Assembly: GCA_043798185.1 (NCBI GenBank)
Contig: JAZDOW010000027.1
Coordinates: 26,586 to 90,585 of the forward strand
From: Pseudomonadota bacterium
GTDB lineage: Bacteria > Desulfobacterota > Desulfobulbia > Desulfobulbales > Desulfocapsaceae
Reading direction: 5' to 3'
DNA length: 64,000 nucleotides
The number at the start of each line of letters is the position of its first letter. Positions within the stretch are counted from its first letter, which is position 1. Made by a program: the position numbers and the translations under genes. Positions 53,350 to 62,616 of this stretch are shown piece by piece. The notes under the pieces were generated by a model. The model saw nothing but the letters and a program-made list of their open reading frames with translations. It did not search any database and had not been told where the DNA came from.

Positions 53350-54513
53350 TTACTTACCAAAAAGTGACAGCAATACCCCAGCTGCTACCGCCGATCCTAT
53401 AACTCCGGCGACATTCGGTCCCATGGCGTGCATGAGCAGAAAATTGCCGGGATCCTCTTTCTGGCCGACAACCTGAGAAACTCTGGCGGCCATTGGTACT
53501 GCCGATACTCCGGCTGAACCGATAAGAGGGTTGATGGGAACCTTTAAAAATTTGTTCATGAGTTTTGCGAGCAATACACCACCGGCTGTGCCAATACCAA
53601 ACGCGGTTACTCCAAGGGCGAGAATTGCAAGAGTTTGCACTGTGAGAAAACGTTCAGCACTGGCGGTGGCGCCAACCGTTACACCAAGGAAAATGGTGAT
53701 GATGTTTATTAGGGCATTCTTTGAGGTATCCTCAAGTCTACTGACGACGCCACTTTCCCTGAAAAGGTTGCCAAGCATGAGCATGCCGATGAGAGTGCCG
53801 GCGGGCGGCACCATTAAAGATACTACCACCGTGACAATGATCGGGAAAAGAATTCGTTCCCGTTTACTGACTTCACGCAATTGGTCCATGCGGATCATCC
53901 GTTCTTTTTTAGTGGTGAGAAACCGCATGATAGGTGGTTGGATGATCGGAACCATAGCCATGTAAGAGTATGCGGCGATGGCTATGGGGCCGAGGAGGTG
54001 CGGTGCAAGTCTGGATGAAAGAAAGATCGCAGTGGGGCCGTCTGCTCCACCGATTATTCCTATGGAGGCTGCTTCTTGGGCATTGAAGAGCCCGGAGCTG
54101 ATAGCTCCGATAAAAGTGATGAAGATGCCCAGCTGTGCAGCGGCACCTAAAAGGAGCGATTTAGGGTTGGCGATGAGTGGTCCGAAATCAGTCATCGCCC
54201 CGACACCCATGAAGATGAGTGGCGGAAAAATACCTAAGCAGTCACCTTGGTAGAGATAGTAGAGGAGGCCGCCGGGTTCGATGGTGCGAATCATGTTATC
54301 CTTGATTTCCAAAATCGGTGGCGCCATCATTCCGGCAACCGGCAGATTGGTCAATAGGACACCGAAGGCAATGGGGACAAGAAGGAGCGGCTCGAATTTT
54401 TTAACAATAGCCAGATACAACAGAATACATGCCACTCCCATCATGATGATCGCCCCTGGTGTCAGGGCAAAAAAGCCGGTGCTTTTGAAAAATGTGAGAA
54501 TTGGTTCCAGCAT
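53350..54513 (-). CDS. mmdB: Na+-translocating decarboxylase beta subunit
   Basis: [50 protein letters not shown]. Confidence 0.92.
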   Translation of the reverse strand: MLEPILTFFKSTGFFALTPGAIIMMGVACILLYLAIVKKFEPLLLVPIAFGVLLTNLPVAGMMAPPILEIKDNMIRTIEPGGLLYYLYQGDCLGIFPPLIFMGVGAMTDFGPLIANPKSLLLGAAAQLGIFITFIGAISSGLFNAQEAASIGIIGGADGPTAIFLSSRLAPHLLGPIAIAAYSYMAMVPIIQPPIMRFLTTKKERMIRMDQLREVSKRERILFPIIVTVVVSLMVPPAGTLIGMLMLGNLFRESGVVSRLEDTSKNALINIITIFLGVTVGATASAERFLTVQTLAILALGVTAFGIGTAGGVLLAKLMNKFLKVPINPLIGSAGVSAVPMAARVSQVVGQKEDPGNFLLMHAMGPNVAGVIGSAVAAGVLLSLFGK

Positions 54514-54526
54514 GAAAGTGTCTCCT

Positions 54527-54919
54527 TTAGGGTGCCAAAACTACCAGAATATCGCCGGGGTTTACGGAAGCTCCTTGGCTTACATTCAATTGTTTTACTA
54601 CGCCGTCACTGGGGGCGAGGATTTCGTTTTCCATTTTCATCGCCTCAAGGATAAGGAGGGTGTCCCCTTTCACGACTGAATCGCCGGTGCTGACTTCAAC
54701 CCTCAGGATTGTACCAGGCATTGGCGCAACAATGGTCTCCCCACTGCCGTTAGTCATCGCCGGTTTGTCCGATTCAGTTTTAGCCGCTGGTTTTGGCGCG
54801 ATAGTTTTTGGAACTGGCACTGCTTTTACTTCTGTCGGCTGAGCGGTTTTTCCTTCCTTTAGTTCCTCTATGCCAACCTCGTATTCGTTGCCGTTAACTA
54901 CTACCCTGAACATTTTCAT
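54527..54919 (-). CDS. mmdC: Biotin carboxyl carrier subunit
   Basis: [25 protein letters not shown]. Confidence 0.9.
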   Translation of the reverse strand: MKMFRVVVNGNEYEVGIEELKEGKTAQPTEVKAVPVPKTIAPKPAAKTESDKPAMTNGSGETIVAPMPGTILRVEVSTGDSVVKGDTLLILEAMKMENEILAPSDGVVKQLNVSQGASVNPGDILVVLAP

Positions 54920-54939
54920 TTTGAAATTCTCCCTCATTA

Positions 54940-55347
54940 TTAGAGTCTGCTATTCATTTGCTCGATTATCCCAGCTCGGTTCCAGAGCGGGGAACGATCT
55001 TCAATTTTTGTAATATTTTTAATAACAATATTGTCGATTGAGGTTTTCAGTTTCATCGCGATAACTCCAGCAATTACTGCAACGAGTTCATTGTCGTTTT
55101 GAATTTCGGGGGTAGCGCTTGTATTCACTGAAGTTTGAAAAACCTGTGTGCTTTCCTTTACGACGACGCTTCGATTGATCAATCGGTCCATCCAGGAGAT
55201 GAGTACCTGAAGAATGATCAGGGCGATAAAGGTGATACCCATGCCGAGCACAGTAGTGACCAGCCCTGCTAAAAGTTTATGGGTGAAGGACAAGGTCGAT
55301 ATTGTTTCGGGGTTGGCGAATTGAGCCAAGAGTTCGGTTATGGTCAT
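54940..55347 (-). CDS. mmdD: OadG/MmdD membrane anchor subunit
   Basis: GMGITFIALIIL TM helix, ELVAVIA, SPLWNRAG. Confidence 0.82.
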   Translation of the reverse strand: MTITELLAQFANPETISTLSFTHKLLAGLVTTVLGMGITFIALIILQVLISWMDRLINRSVVVKESTQVFQTSVNTSATPEIQNDNELVAVIAGVIAMKLKTSIDNIVIKNITKIEDRSPLWNRAGIIEQMNSRL

Positions 55348-55362
55348 AGTCTCCTCCGCCTG

Positions 55363-56910
55363 TTAGAGTGGTATATTACCGTGCTTTTTGCTGGGACGTT
55401 TCTCCCGTTTCCCTGCCAGCATATTGTAGGCATCAATTATCCGCTGGCGGGTCGTGTGGGGTTCAATGACGTCATCGACGAAGCCGCGCTCGGCAGCCTT
55501 ATAGGGGGTTGCAAATTCTGCTGCGTACTCCTCAAGGATCTTCTGCTTGGTCGTCTCTTTGTCCTCGGCATTAGCAATATCGTTTTTGAAGATGATATTA
55601 ACCGCTCCCTCGGAGCCCATTACTGCGACCTCTGCAGTTGGCCAGGCAAAAACCATGTCGGCCCCGAGAGATTTCGAACACATGGCAACATAGGCGCCAC
55701 CGTAAGCTTTTCTCGTAATTACTGTTACCTTGGGCACGGTCGCCTCGCTGTATGCGTAAAGGATTTTCGCACCGTGTCTGATTATGCCACCGAATTCCTG
55801 GTTGGTGCCGGGGAGAAACCCGGGGACATCGACGAAGGTAAGCAGAGGGATGTTGAATGCGTCGCATGTTCTGATAAAACGGGCTGCTTTGTCACCGGCA
55901 TTCATATCCAAGCAGCCGGCCATGACATTTGGCTGGTTGGCGATAATACCAACGGATTGGCCATTTATTCTTGCCAATCCGGTTATCAGGTTGGTGGCAA
56001 AGTAGGGCTGATATTGCATGAAATCTCCATTATCTACAATGGGGAGGATAACGTCGAGTATGTCATAGGGTTTGTTCGGGTTATCGGGGATCAGGGTGTT
56101 GAGCTCTTCAATGCTTCTATTGAGATCGTTGGTCGTTGCCTGTACCGGCGCTTTTTCCATGCTGTTGGCCGGGAGGAACTGGAGGAGTCGGCGAATGCCA
56201 TCAAGGCATTCTTTTTCTGTGTCGGCGATAAAGTGAACATTACCGCTGACGCTGTTATGAGTCATTGCCCCACCGAGATCCTCGGCGGTCACGATTTCAC
56301 CGGTTACCGTTTTGATGACCTGCGGCCCTGTGATGAACATCTGCGAGGTTTTGTCGACCATGAAGATGAAATCGGTCAGTGCCGGGGAGTATACGGCACC
56401 ACCGGCACACGGTCCCATTATCGCCGATATCTGAGGGATGACCCCGGAATAGATAGAGTTACGATAGAAAATATCACCATATCCAGAGAGGGCGTCGACT
56501 GCCTCCTGGATTCTGGCACCTCCGGAATCGTTCAGCCCGACGATTGGAGCTCCAACTTTAACAGCACTGTCCATCGCCTTGACGACTTTTTTGGCGTGCA
56601 TTTCGCCTAGTGCTCCTCCGGTTATGGTGAAGTCCTGGGAGAAAGCATAGACCACACGCCCTTCGATTTGTCCGTAGCCGGTAACCACCGATTCCCCTTC
56701 GAGGTCGAGCTTGTCCATGCCGAAGTTGGTGCAGCGGTTTTTGACAAAGGCATCAATCTCGATAAAGGTGCCTTCATCAAAAAGATGGAGAAGGCGTTCT
56801 CTTGCCGTCATCTTTCCACTGCTATGCTGTTTCTCAATTCTCTTCTGGCCTCCGCCGAGGTAGATCTTTTCTTTTTTTTGCAGCAAGATTTCCCTTTTAT
56901 CCAGCGACAT
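55363..56910 (-). CDS. mmdA: Methylmalonyl-CoA decarboxylase carboxyltransferase (alpha) subunit
   Basis: Carboxyltransferase motifs as in 43787-45337; first gene of an mmdA-D-C-B order. Confidence 0.85.
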   Translation of the reverse strand: MSLDKREILLQKKEKIYLGGGQKRIEKQHSSGKMTARERLLHLFDEGTFIEIDAFVKNRCTNFGMDKLDLEGESVVTGYGQIEGRVVYAFSQDFTITGGALGEMHAKKVVKAMDSAVKVGAPIVGLNDSGGARIQEAVDALSGYGDIFYRNSIYSGVIPQISAIMGPCAGGAVYSPALTDFIFMVDKTSQMFITGPQVIKTVTGEIVTAEDLGGAMTHNSVSGNVHFIADTEKECLDGIRRLLQFLPANSMEKAPVQATTNDLNRSIEELNTLIPDNPNKPYDILDVILPIVDNGDFMQYQPYFATNLITGLARINGQSVGIIANQPNVMAGCLDMNAGDKAARFIRTCDAFNIPLLTFVDVPGFLPGTNQEFGGIIRHGAKILYAYSEATVPKVTVITRKAYGGAYVAMCSKSLGADMVFAWPTAEVAVMGSEGAVNIIFKNDIANAEDKETTKQKILEEYAAEFATPYKAAERGFVDDVIEPHTTRQRIIDAYNMLAGKREKRPSKKHGNIPL

Positions 56911-57024
56911 TGTGTTGAACTCCTTAATTGATGTTTGTCTCGTTCGATCGGTATTTCCGTCGAAGTTTCCCCTGAGCTACAGCGCAAATAACATGCATGG
57001 CCGGAGTAATCCGGTAGTGCTTTT

Positions 57025-57675
57025 TTAAGTAGGGTTTAAACCCTCATTTTCTTTTTCCGATTGTTCTTGAAGGGGGATGTAGCGGATGATTTCCGGGTTG
57101 ACCATGCCCTGCCAGACCATCTCGAATAAAGAGTTGGCATTTTCTGCTAAACTTTCCTGTTTGCCGCGTATTACCCACATGAAAAAAGTACGCTGAATAA
57201 AACCCAACATGAAATCGAGAAGACTCCCCGCTCGAATATGAGGGTTGATGATGCCCTGCTGTTGCCCGATCTTGAGGACCTTGATAATTAAGTCAACCCT
57301 TTTTTTTTGATCGAAAGAGTCGTCGGCCATCCAGGTTTTCATGGGCAGAGTCATGAAGAGAATGCGCCCGAGACCTTCGTGGCGCTCGTAGTAATCGAGA
57401 TGGAGCCAGAACACTTTTCTGAGCTTTTCCTTGAGATCCTCAATACCGTTAAGGTGGTCTTCAATGCGATCGGTAAGCTTGCTCATCCAGATATTGACAT
57501 AGGCAAAAAGGAGCTGTTCTTTGCTCCCAAAGTGCTTGTAAATAGTAGAAAAGCTTACACCTGCAAGGTCGGATACGTCGCGGATGCTGGCTTTATGGAA
57601 ATCTGCCGTAGAGAATATCTCAAGCACTGCCGATTCAAGTCTTTCTTGTACTTCCGGGTTAAGTTCGTCTAACAT
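57025..57675 (-). CDS. TetR family regulator (paralog 2)
   Basis: ASIRDVSDLAGVSFSTIYKHFGSKE; roughly 70% identical by eye to paralog 1. Confidence 0.9.
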   Translation of the reverse strand: MLDELNPEVQERLESAVLEIFSTADFHKASIRDVSDLAGVSFSTIYKHFGSKEQLLFAYVNIWMSKLTDRIEDHLNGIEDLKEKLRKVFWLHLDYYERHEGLGRILFMTLPMKTWMADDSFDQKKRVDLIIKVLKIGQQQGIINPHIRAGSLLDFMLGFIQRTFFMWVIRGKQESLAENANSLFEMVWQGMVNPEIIRYIPLQEQSEKENEGLNPT

Positions 57676-57681
57676 TGTTAC
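57669..57681. promoter_or_regulatory. Putative TetR operator overlapping the tetR2 start codon
   Basis: CTAACATTGTTAC (12/13). Confidence 0.5.
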
Positions 57682-57881
57682 TTAGTTGTAGGTACCGGTT
57701 TTGGGTTTATTGTGAGTTGTGAACTTAATTTCTTGAAAAGATAAAACATAATATAGGGTAATAATTCCAACAATCTGAGGATCGTACAGTGAAACTGTTC
57801 CTAATATAAATGTTTCTTTTGTTTAACGTTCAGATATTATATAAGATAAATAATCTTGCCGGTTGTCAATGGAAAATATCG

Positions 57882-57894
57882 GTAACATTGTTAC
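57882..57894. promoter_or_regulatory. Putative TetR operator in the tetR2/acuI divergent region
   Basis: Perfect GTAACATTGTTAC, 4 nt downstream of a minus-strand TATAAT (57899-57904). Confidence 0.7.
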
Positions 57895-58124
57895 TGCAAT
57901 TATACTGTGTTTGTCAATAAAAATAATTTATGATTTAGGTTCAGTTGGAAATAAGATGCAGAGGAGTTGATCCCAAGTCACAAACAAGATGTGCATCGGG
58001 GAGAGTTCTGTTTGAAAATAGATTGAAAGTGTTATTGAAAAAATGCTAGGTTGGAAGCGTTGTCTTAGGGATCAGGTATATGATGATCCGGAAATGTTTT
58101 CAATTACCAACTTTGGTGTAGAAG

Positions 58125-59129
58125 ATGGCAGTCAAAGAAAAAACCTTTAGAGCAATGGTAGTTGAAGAAAGTGGTGACAAGCAATTTTCACGAAAAATCC
58201 TCGAAAAGTCATTTCAGTCTTTGCCGGAAGGCGAGGTCCTGGTGAAGGTTTTGTGGTCCTCACTTAATTACAAAGATGCCCTGTCGGCCAGTGGCAACCG
58301 CGGTGTGACCAGGAAATATCCCCATACGCCGGGTATTGACGCAACCGGAGTGGTGGTAGAGAGCTGTAGTGTGGCATTTTTGCCTGGCGACAAAGTAATC
58401 GTCACCAGTTATGACCTGGGAATGAATACATCCGGTGGTTTTGCCGAATACATCAGGGTGCCGGCAGCCTGGGTAGTGCCGTTACCTGCCGGTCTTGATA
58501 GTCGGGAGAGTATGATTTTTGGCACGGCGGGATTTACCGCCGGGATGTCTATTGACGCTTTGTGTAAAGTCGTATCCCCTGAGAAAGGGGATATCCTGGT
58601 GAGTGGGGCAACAGGTGGAGTGGGAAGTTTGGCGGTGGCCATCCTTACCAAACTCGGTTACTCGGTGGTAGCGGTCAGCGGCAAACCTGACGCGACTGGG
58701 TTCCTGACATGGCTCGGTGCATCCCGAGTGGTTTCGAGGGCTGAGGCGTTAGAGGGCAGCGGTAAACCGTTGTTGAAAGGAGTGTGGGCTGGAGTAATTG
58801 ACACTGTGGGCGGGGAAATCCTGGCAACCGCAATTAAATCGATGCATCCGCAAGGAGTAGTGACCTGTTGCGGAAATGTGGCTTCGCCGGAGCTGCCGTT
58901 GAATGTTTTTCCGTTTATTTTGCGTGGCGTCTCATTGCTTGGGATTGATTCACAAAATTGTCCTATGGAACACAGAAAGGATATATGGCGCAAATTGGCC
59001 GCAGAATGGAAGCCAGTGCAGCTCAACGACCTTTGTCATGAGGTCGCGCTCGATGATCTGGATGGAGAAATTGAACTGATTTTAAAAGGAGGGCAGAAAG
59101 GAAGAGTGCTTGTTAGAATACAGCCTTAG
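58125..59129 (+). CDS. acuI: YhdH/AcuI family acryloyl-CoA reductase (MDR)
   Basis: SSLNYKDAL, PGID, GTAGFTA, SGATGGVGS, PFILRGVSLLGIDS. Confidence 0.85.
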   Translation: MAVKEKTFRAMVVEESGDKQFSRKILEKSFQSLPEGEVLVKVLWSSLNYKDALSASGNRGVTRKYPHTPGIDATGVVVESCSVAFLPGDKVIVTSYDLGMNTSGGFAEYIRVPAAWVVPLPAGLDSRESMIFGTAGFTAGMSIDALCKVVSPEKGDILVSGATGGVGSLAVAILTKLGYSVVAVSGKPDATGFLTWLGASRVVSRAEALEGSGKPLLKGVWAGVIDTVGGEILATAIKSMHPQGVVTCCGNVASPELPLNVFPFILRGVSLLGIDSQNCPMEHRKDIWRKLAAEWKPVQLNDLCHEVALDDLDGEIELILKGGQKGRVLVRIQP

Positions 59130-59262
59130 TGTGCCGACAACATCAACTTCGGTAGGCGTGGAATGTTGGCAGTGCAGCAGTTTGCATGATCCGGGGTTCA
59201 GTTGAAGGTGGCGGGATATGTCGATCTTCGGAAAGATCGTAATCGAAAAACAGGAAAATCTT

Positions 59263-60216
59263 ATGAAAAGAACTGGTTTTGTTTATGATGAAAGGTATTT
59301 GTTGCATGATACCGGAGGGTACCATCCTGAAAGTCCTGAACGGTTGAGAGCGATCTATACCTGGCTCGAAAAGTCCGGAGTGCTTACTCAATTGATACGG
59401 ATTAAAGCCGAAAGGGCTAGTCAGCGATGGATAGAGGCTGTTCATTCCATCCACTATATTTTGCAGTTCGATGAGGCCTGCATTTCCGGACTAACCGAAT
59501 TCGAGCATCCCGATAACGCAATATGCAGAGATAGCTATGATACGGCCTTTCTTGCTGTTGGTGGTGTACTTAAAGCGATCGATGCCGTTATGAAGGGTGA
59601 GATCGATAACGCCTTTTGCGCAGTGCGTCCGCCCGGACATCATGCCGAAGTGGATAAACCCATGGGGTTTTGCTATTTCAACAATGTGGCGATCGGAGCA
59701 CGGTATCTGCAAAAGATGTATGGCATCGAACGGGTCGGAATAATTGATTTCGATGTCCATCACGGCAACGGCACGCAACACATCTTCGATAATGATCCAA
59801 CGGTGTTTTATTATTCAATTCATGAACATCCTTCGTTTGCCTATCCTGGTACCGGCAGGGAGTTTGAGGTAGGTATAGGTGAGGGTGAAGGATGTACTGT
59901 AAACTCTCCTGTTCTTCCTGGTCGGGGAGATGATGAGTATAAGCGATTGATTATGCAGGACTTAGTTCCTGCTTTCAAAAAATTTAATCCGGAATTCATA
60001 TTGCTTTCGGCCGGCTTTGACGCCCATGAGAGTGACATGATGTCCGGGACAAATCTTTCGACTGATGGGTACGATTTTATTTCCGAGGTGATAATGAATT
60101 TGGTTAATCGTTGTTCCGGGGGTCGAGTGGTTTCTGTCCTTGAAGGCGGCTACAATCTCGATATTTTACCACTCTTGGTCGAGAATCATATCAGGTTCCT
60201 GGCGGATCTCAAGTAA
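59263..60216 (+). CDS. Zn-dependent histone deacetylase-family lysine deacylase
   Basis: HPESPERL, RPPGHHA, GFCYFNNVA, DFDVHHGNGT, SAGFDAH, LEGGY. Confidence 0.93.
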   Translation: MKRTGFVYDERYLLHDTGGYHPESPERLRAIYTWLEKSGVLTQLIRIKAERASQRWIEAVHSIHYILQFDEACISGLTEFEHPDNAICRDSYDTAFLAVGGVLKAIDAVMKGEIDNAFCAVRPPGHHAEVDKPMGFCYFNNVAIGARYLQKMYGIERVGIIDFDVHHGNGTQHIFDNDPTVFYYSIHEHPSFAYPGTGREFEVGIGEGEGCTVNSPVLPGRGDDEYKRLIMQDLVPAFKKFNPEFILLSAGFDAHESDMMSGTNLSTDGYDFISEVIMNLVNRCSGGRVVSVLEGGYNLDILPLLVENHIRFLADLK

Positions 60217-60281
60217 CACTTCCATGCTTCGGCCATAACCCTGCAGCGCATAAACAATATTTTAGAATATATGGAGGTTAT

Positions 60282-60962
60282 ATGTTTGTAAGTGAAAGAA
60301 TGTCGAAAGACATGATTACGGCGAATCCGGACATGACGATATTCGAGGCAAAAAAGATAATGACTGACAGGGATATCCGCCATTTGCCGATTGTCGATGG
60401 GGGCGGAAAACTCCTCGGTATCGTAACCGACCGGGATGTTCGCGACGCCATGCCTTCCACGCTATTAAAGAAAGTGGATTATGATATCACTCTGGCGAAG
60501 ATCATGAATTTTCCGGTAAAAGATATCATGACCCAAAACCCCCTGACTATTTATGGGTATTATACCATCCAGGATACCTTGCTGGTGATGCAGAAAAAGA
60601 AGGTAGGGGCTTTACCGGTAATAGATCAGGAGGGGCGTTTGAAGGGTATCCTTTCGACCCGTGATCTGTTGAGAGCTTTTGTCAATGTCCTGAATATTGA
60701 CGAACCGGGATGCCTGTTGTGCATTATTGTCAAAGAAAAACAGGGGCAAATGAAGAAAATAGTTGATATTATAACAGAAGAAAAGATTTCTCTTGGCAGT
60801 GTTCTGGTCGCAAGGGTTTGGGACAAGGAAAAAAGGGCTATATTTCCCTATCTTCTGACTAATAATGTTATCAATGTGAAGAAAAGACTCATTGAGAACG
60901 GCTTTGAGTTGATAGATCCCATGCGATGGTATTTTGATCAGCTTCCCCAAAAGGCGGAATAG
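60282..60962 (+). CDS. CBS-pair plus ACT domain protein (AcuB-like)
   Basis: IRHLPIV..GIVTDRD and VGALPV..GILSTRD CBS repeats; EKQGQMKKIVDII ACT-like domain. Confidence 0.85.
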   Translation: MFVSERMSKDMITANPDMTIFEAKKIMTDRDIRHLPIVDGGGKLLGIVTDRDVRDAMPSTLLKKVDYDITLAKIMNFPVKDIMTQNPLTIYGYYTIQDTLLVMQKKKVGALPVIDQEGRLKGILSTRDLLRAFVNVLNIDEPGCLLCIIVKEKQGQMKKIVDIITEEKISLGSVLVARVWDKEKRAIFPYLLTNNVINVKKRLIENGFELIDPMRWYFDQLPQKAE

Positions 60963-61045
60963 GTCTCTCACTGTGTCAGTGGTTGTGCGGATTTGCGGTG
61001 GGATGGGGTATGTCTGGGGCAGAGCCTGATCCCACCCGAATATAT

Positions 61046-62443
61046 TTACAGCTTGGCCATTTTGCTTACAGCGGACGATACAGCAATGTCGCCATTTCCC
61101 GTGTAGTTCTCGTGGTTTTTTTCGATCTGGGAAAGTTGATAGAGATAATTCACCATAATCCCTGCCGATTGTTTGATGCCTTTCTCGGAAAGGTCTGCAG
61201 CCCAATTGATCCGTTCTATTTTGGCGCCGTTTGACAAATGGAAATGACTTACCCTGTCAAAGGCCTGGCGGCCTTTTTTGGCTAGGAGAAGATACTTGGC
61301 GCAGAGTTGAAGGAGGATTGGTTTTAAGGGGGATGATTTTTCTTCTGTGAGGTATTCACTGAGGTTGCCGATTGCGGATAGGAAAAATTCTTTGGCATCG
61401 GTTTCTCCGGCCATCTTCCCCAGGGCTTTCAGGTCACGCTCGGAAAAAACCACTTCCTCGGGATGCATGCGGAGGTAGGAAAGAAAGCCGGGGATAGGGG
61501 AGAGCGTCGAAAAAGTTTTAAGGTTGGGAAGTTTGGCGCTCAGATCCTTGACCACATTCTTAATAAGGAAATTCCCAAAACCCACTCCGGCAAGACCCGC
61601 TTGGCAATTGGAAATAGAATAAAATATTGCACAATCGGCTTGGCGCGGTGCCAGTGTCGGTTTGCTTTCATCGAGGAGGTCATGAATGTTATCAGCTATG
61701 CCATTAACCAGAGCGACTTCGACAAAGATAAGCGGCTCCTGCGGCATGCGTGGATGAAAATAGGCGAAGCAGCGTCTATCCTCGCGCAGTCTATTTTTTA
61801 AGTCCTGCCAGGATCTGATAGCGTGAACTGCCTCATATTTTATCAATTTTTCGAGAAGCGCTGCAGGCGTTTCCCAGGTGATGCGCTGAAGATCAAGAAA
61901 TCCGACATCAAACCAAGAACAAAGCAGGCCGAGAATATCCTGATCAAGAGATTTGAGTGCGGAGTCGGTTGCGGTAAGCGGCAAGAGTTCTGCCCGGAGG
62001 TCGACAAGGAATTTTACTCCTTCCTGCAGTCCATTGAACTGTCTGAGAAGTTGAGTGCGGGGAGGAACAAGCAGTTTACGTAATGCATGGTTCATGAGTC
62101 GGGTGCTGTCCTGCTCGGAACCTTGAAACCGTGTTGTAATTGCTGCCTCAATAGCCTCGTTGTTGACATCATATTCCCTGGCCAGCAGTTCGAGGAATCG
62201 TTTACGGCCTTGAGGATTGAGGACGAGATAGGTTTCTCCTAGCTCAGCGGCTCTGGTCCGGGCCGAAACTTCACCTCCCCGTCCTTCCAGGCAGGCATCG
62301 ATTCGTTCACGCAGTTTTTGTAGGTCGCCGTCGGGTAGATCAGCGTTCACAGAATTCTTCAGGGCAGTCTGATCGCCAAGAGGCCAAATCAGGCGAATTC
62401 GGCGTAAGGTTCTATCCCAGAGGGGTTCATCACGTTCAAGCAT
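61046..62443 (-). CDS. Malonyl-CoA decarboxylase
   Basis: GVKFLVDLR, YEAVH, EPLIFVEVAL, FYSISNCQAGLAGVGFGNFLIK, TLSPIPGF, FHLSNGA, MVNYLY. Confidence 0.93.
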   Translation of the reverse strand: MLERDEPLWDRTLRRIRLIWPLGDQTALKNSVNADLPDGDLQKLRERIDACLEGRGGEVSARTRAAELGETYLVLNPQGRKRFLELLAREYDVNNEAIEAAITTRFQGSEQDSTRLMNHALRKLLVPPRTQLLRQFNGLQEGVKFLVDLRAELLPLTATDSALKSLDQDILGLLCSWFDVGFLDLQRITWETPAALLEKLIKYEAVHAIRSWQDLKNRLREDRRCFAYFHPRMPQEPLIFVEVALVNGIADNIHDLLDESKPTLAPRQADCAIFYSISNCQAGLAGVGFGNFLIKNVVKDLSAKLPNLKTFSTLSPIPGFLSYLRMHPEEVVFSERDLKALGKMAGETDAKEFFLSAIGNLSEYLTEEKSSPLKPILLQLCAKYLLLAKKGRQAFDRVSHFHLSNGAKIERINWAADLSEKGIKQSAGIMVNYLYQLSQIEKNHENYTGNGDIAVSSAVSKMAKL

Positions 62444-62616
62444 GAAATCTCCTTAAATGAAAATGTAAATGGAAGAGTCGTTAATGGTAATTATTCTGTT
62501 GGTGTAAAGGATTGAGTAACGTTATTTATTCCCTTTGAGGGGATATGGCTAGAGAGCGTTAGAATCGTTTAAGAAAAGACGATCGATGCGGATATGGTCT
62601 TCGCTCTAAAAATAAA

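Noticed and set aside
55279-56610. 443-aa plus-strand ORF
   Set aside because: Antisense shadow of mmdA with no recognisable motifs
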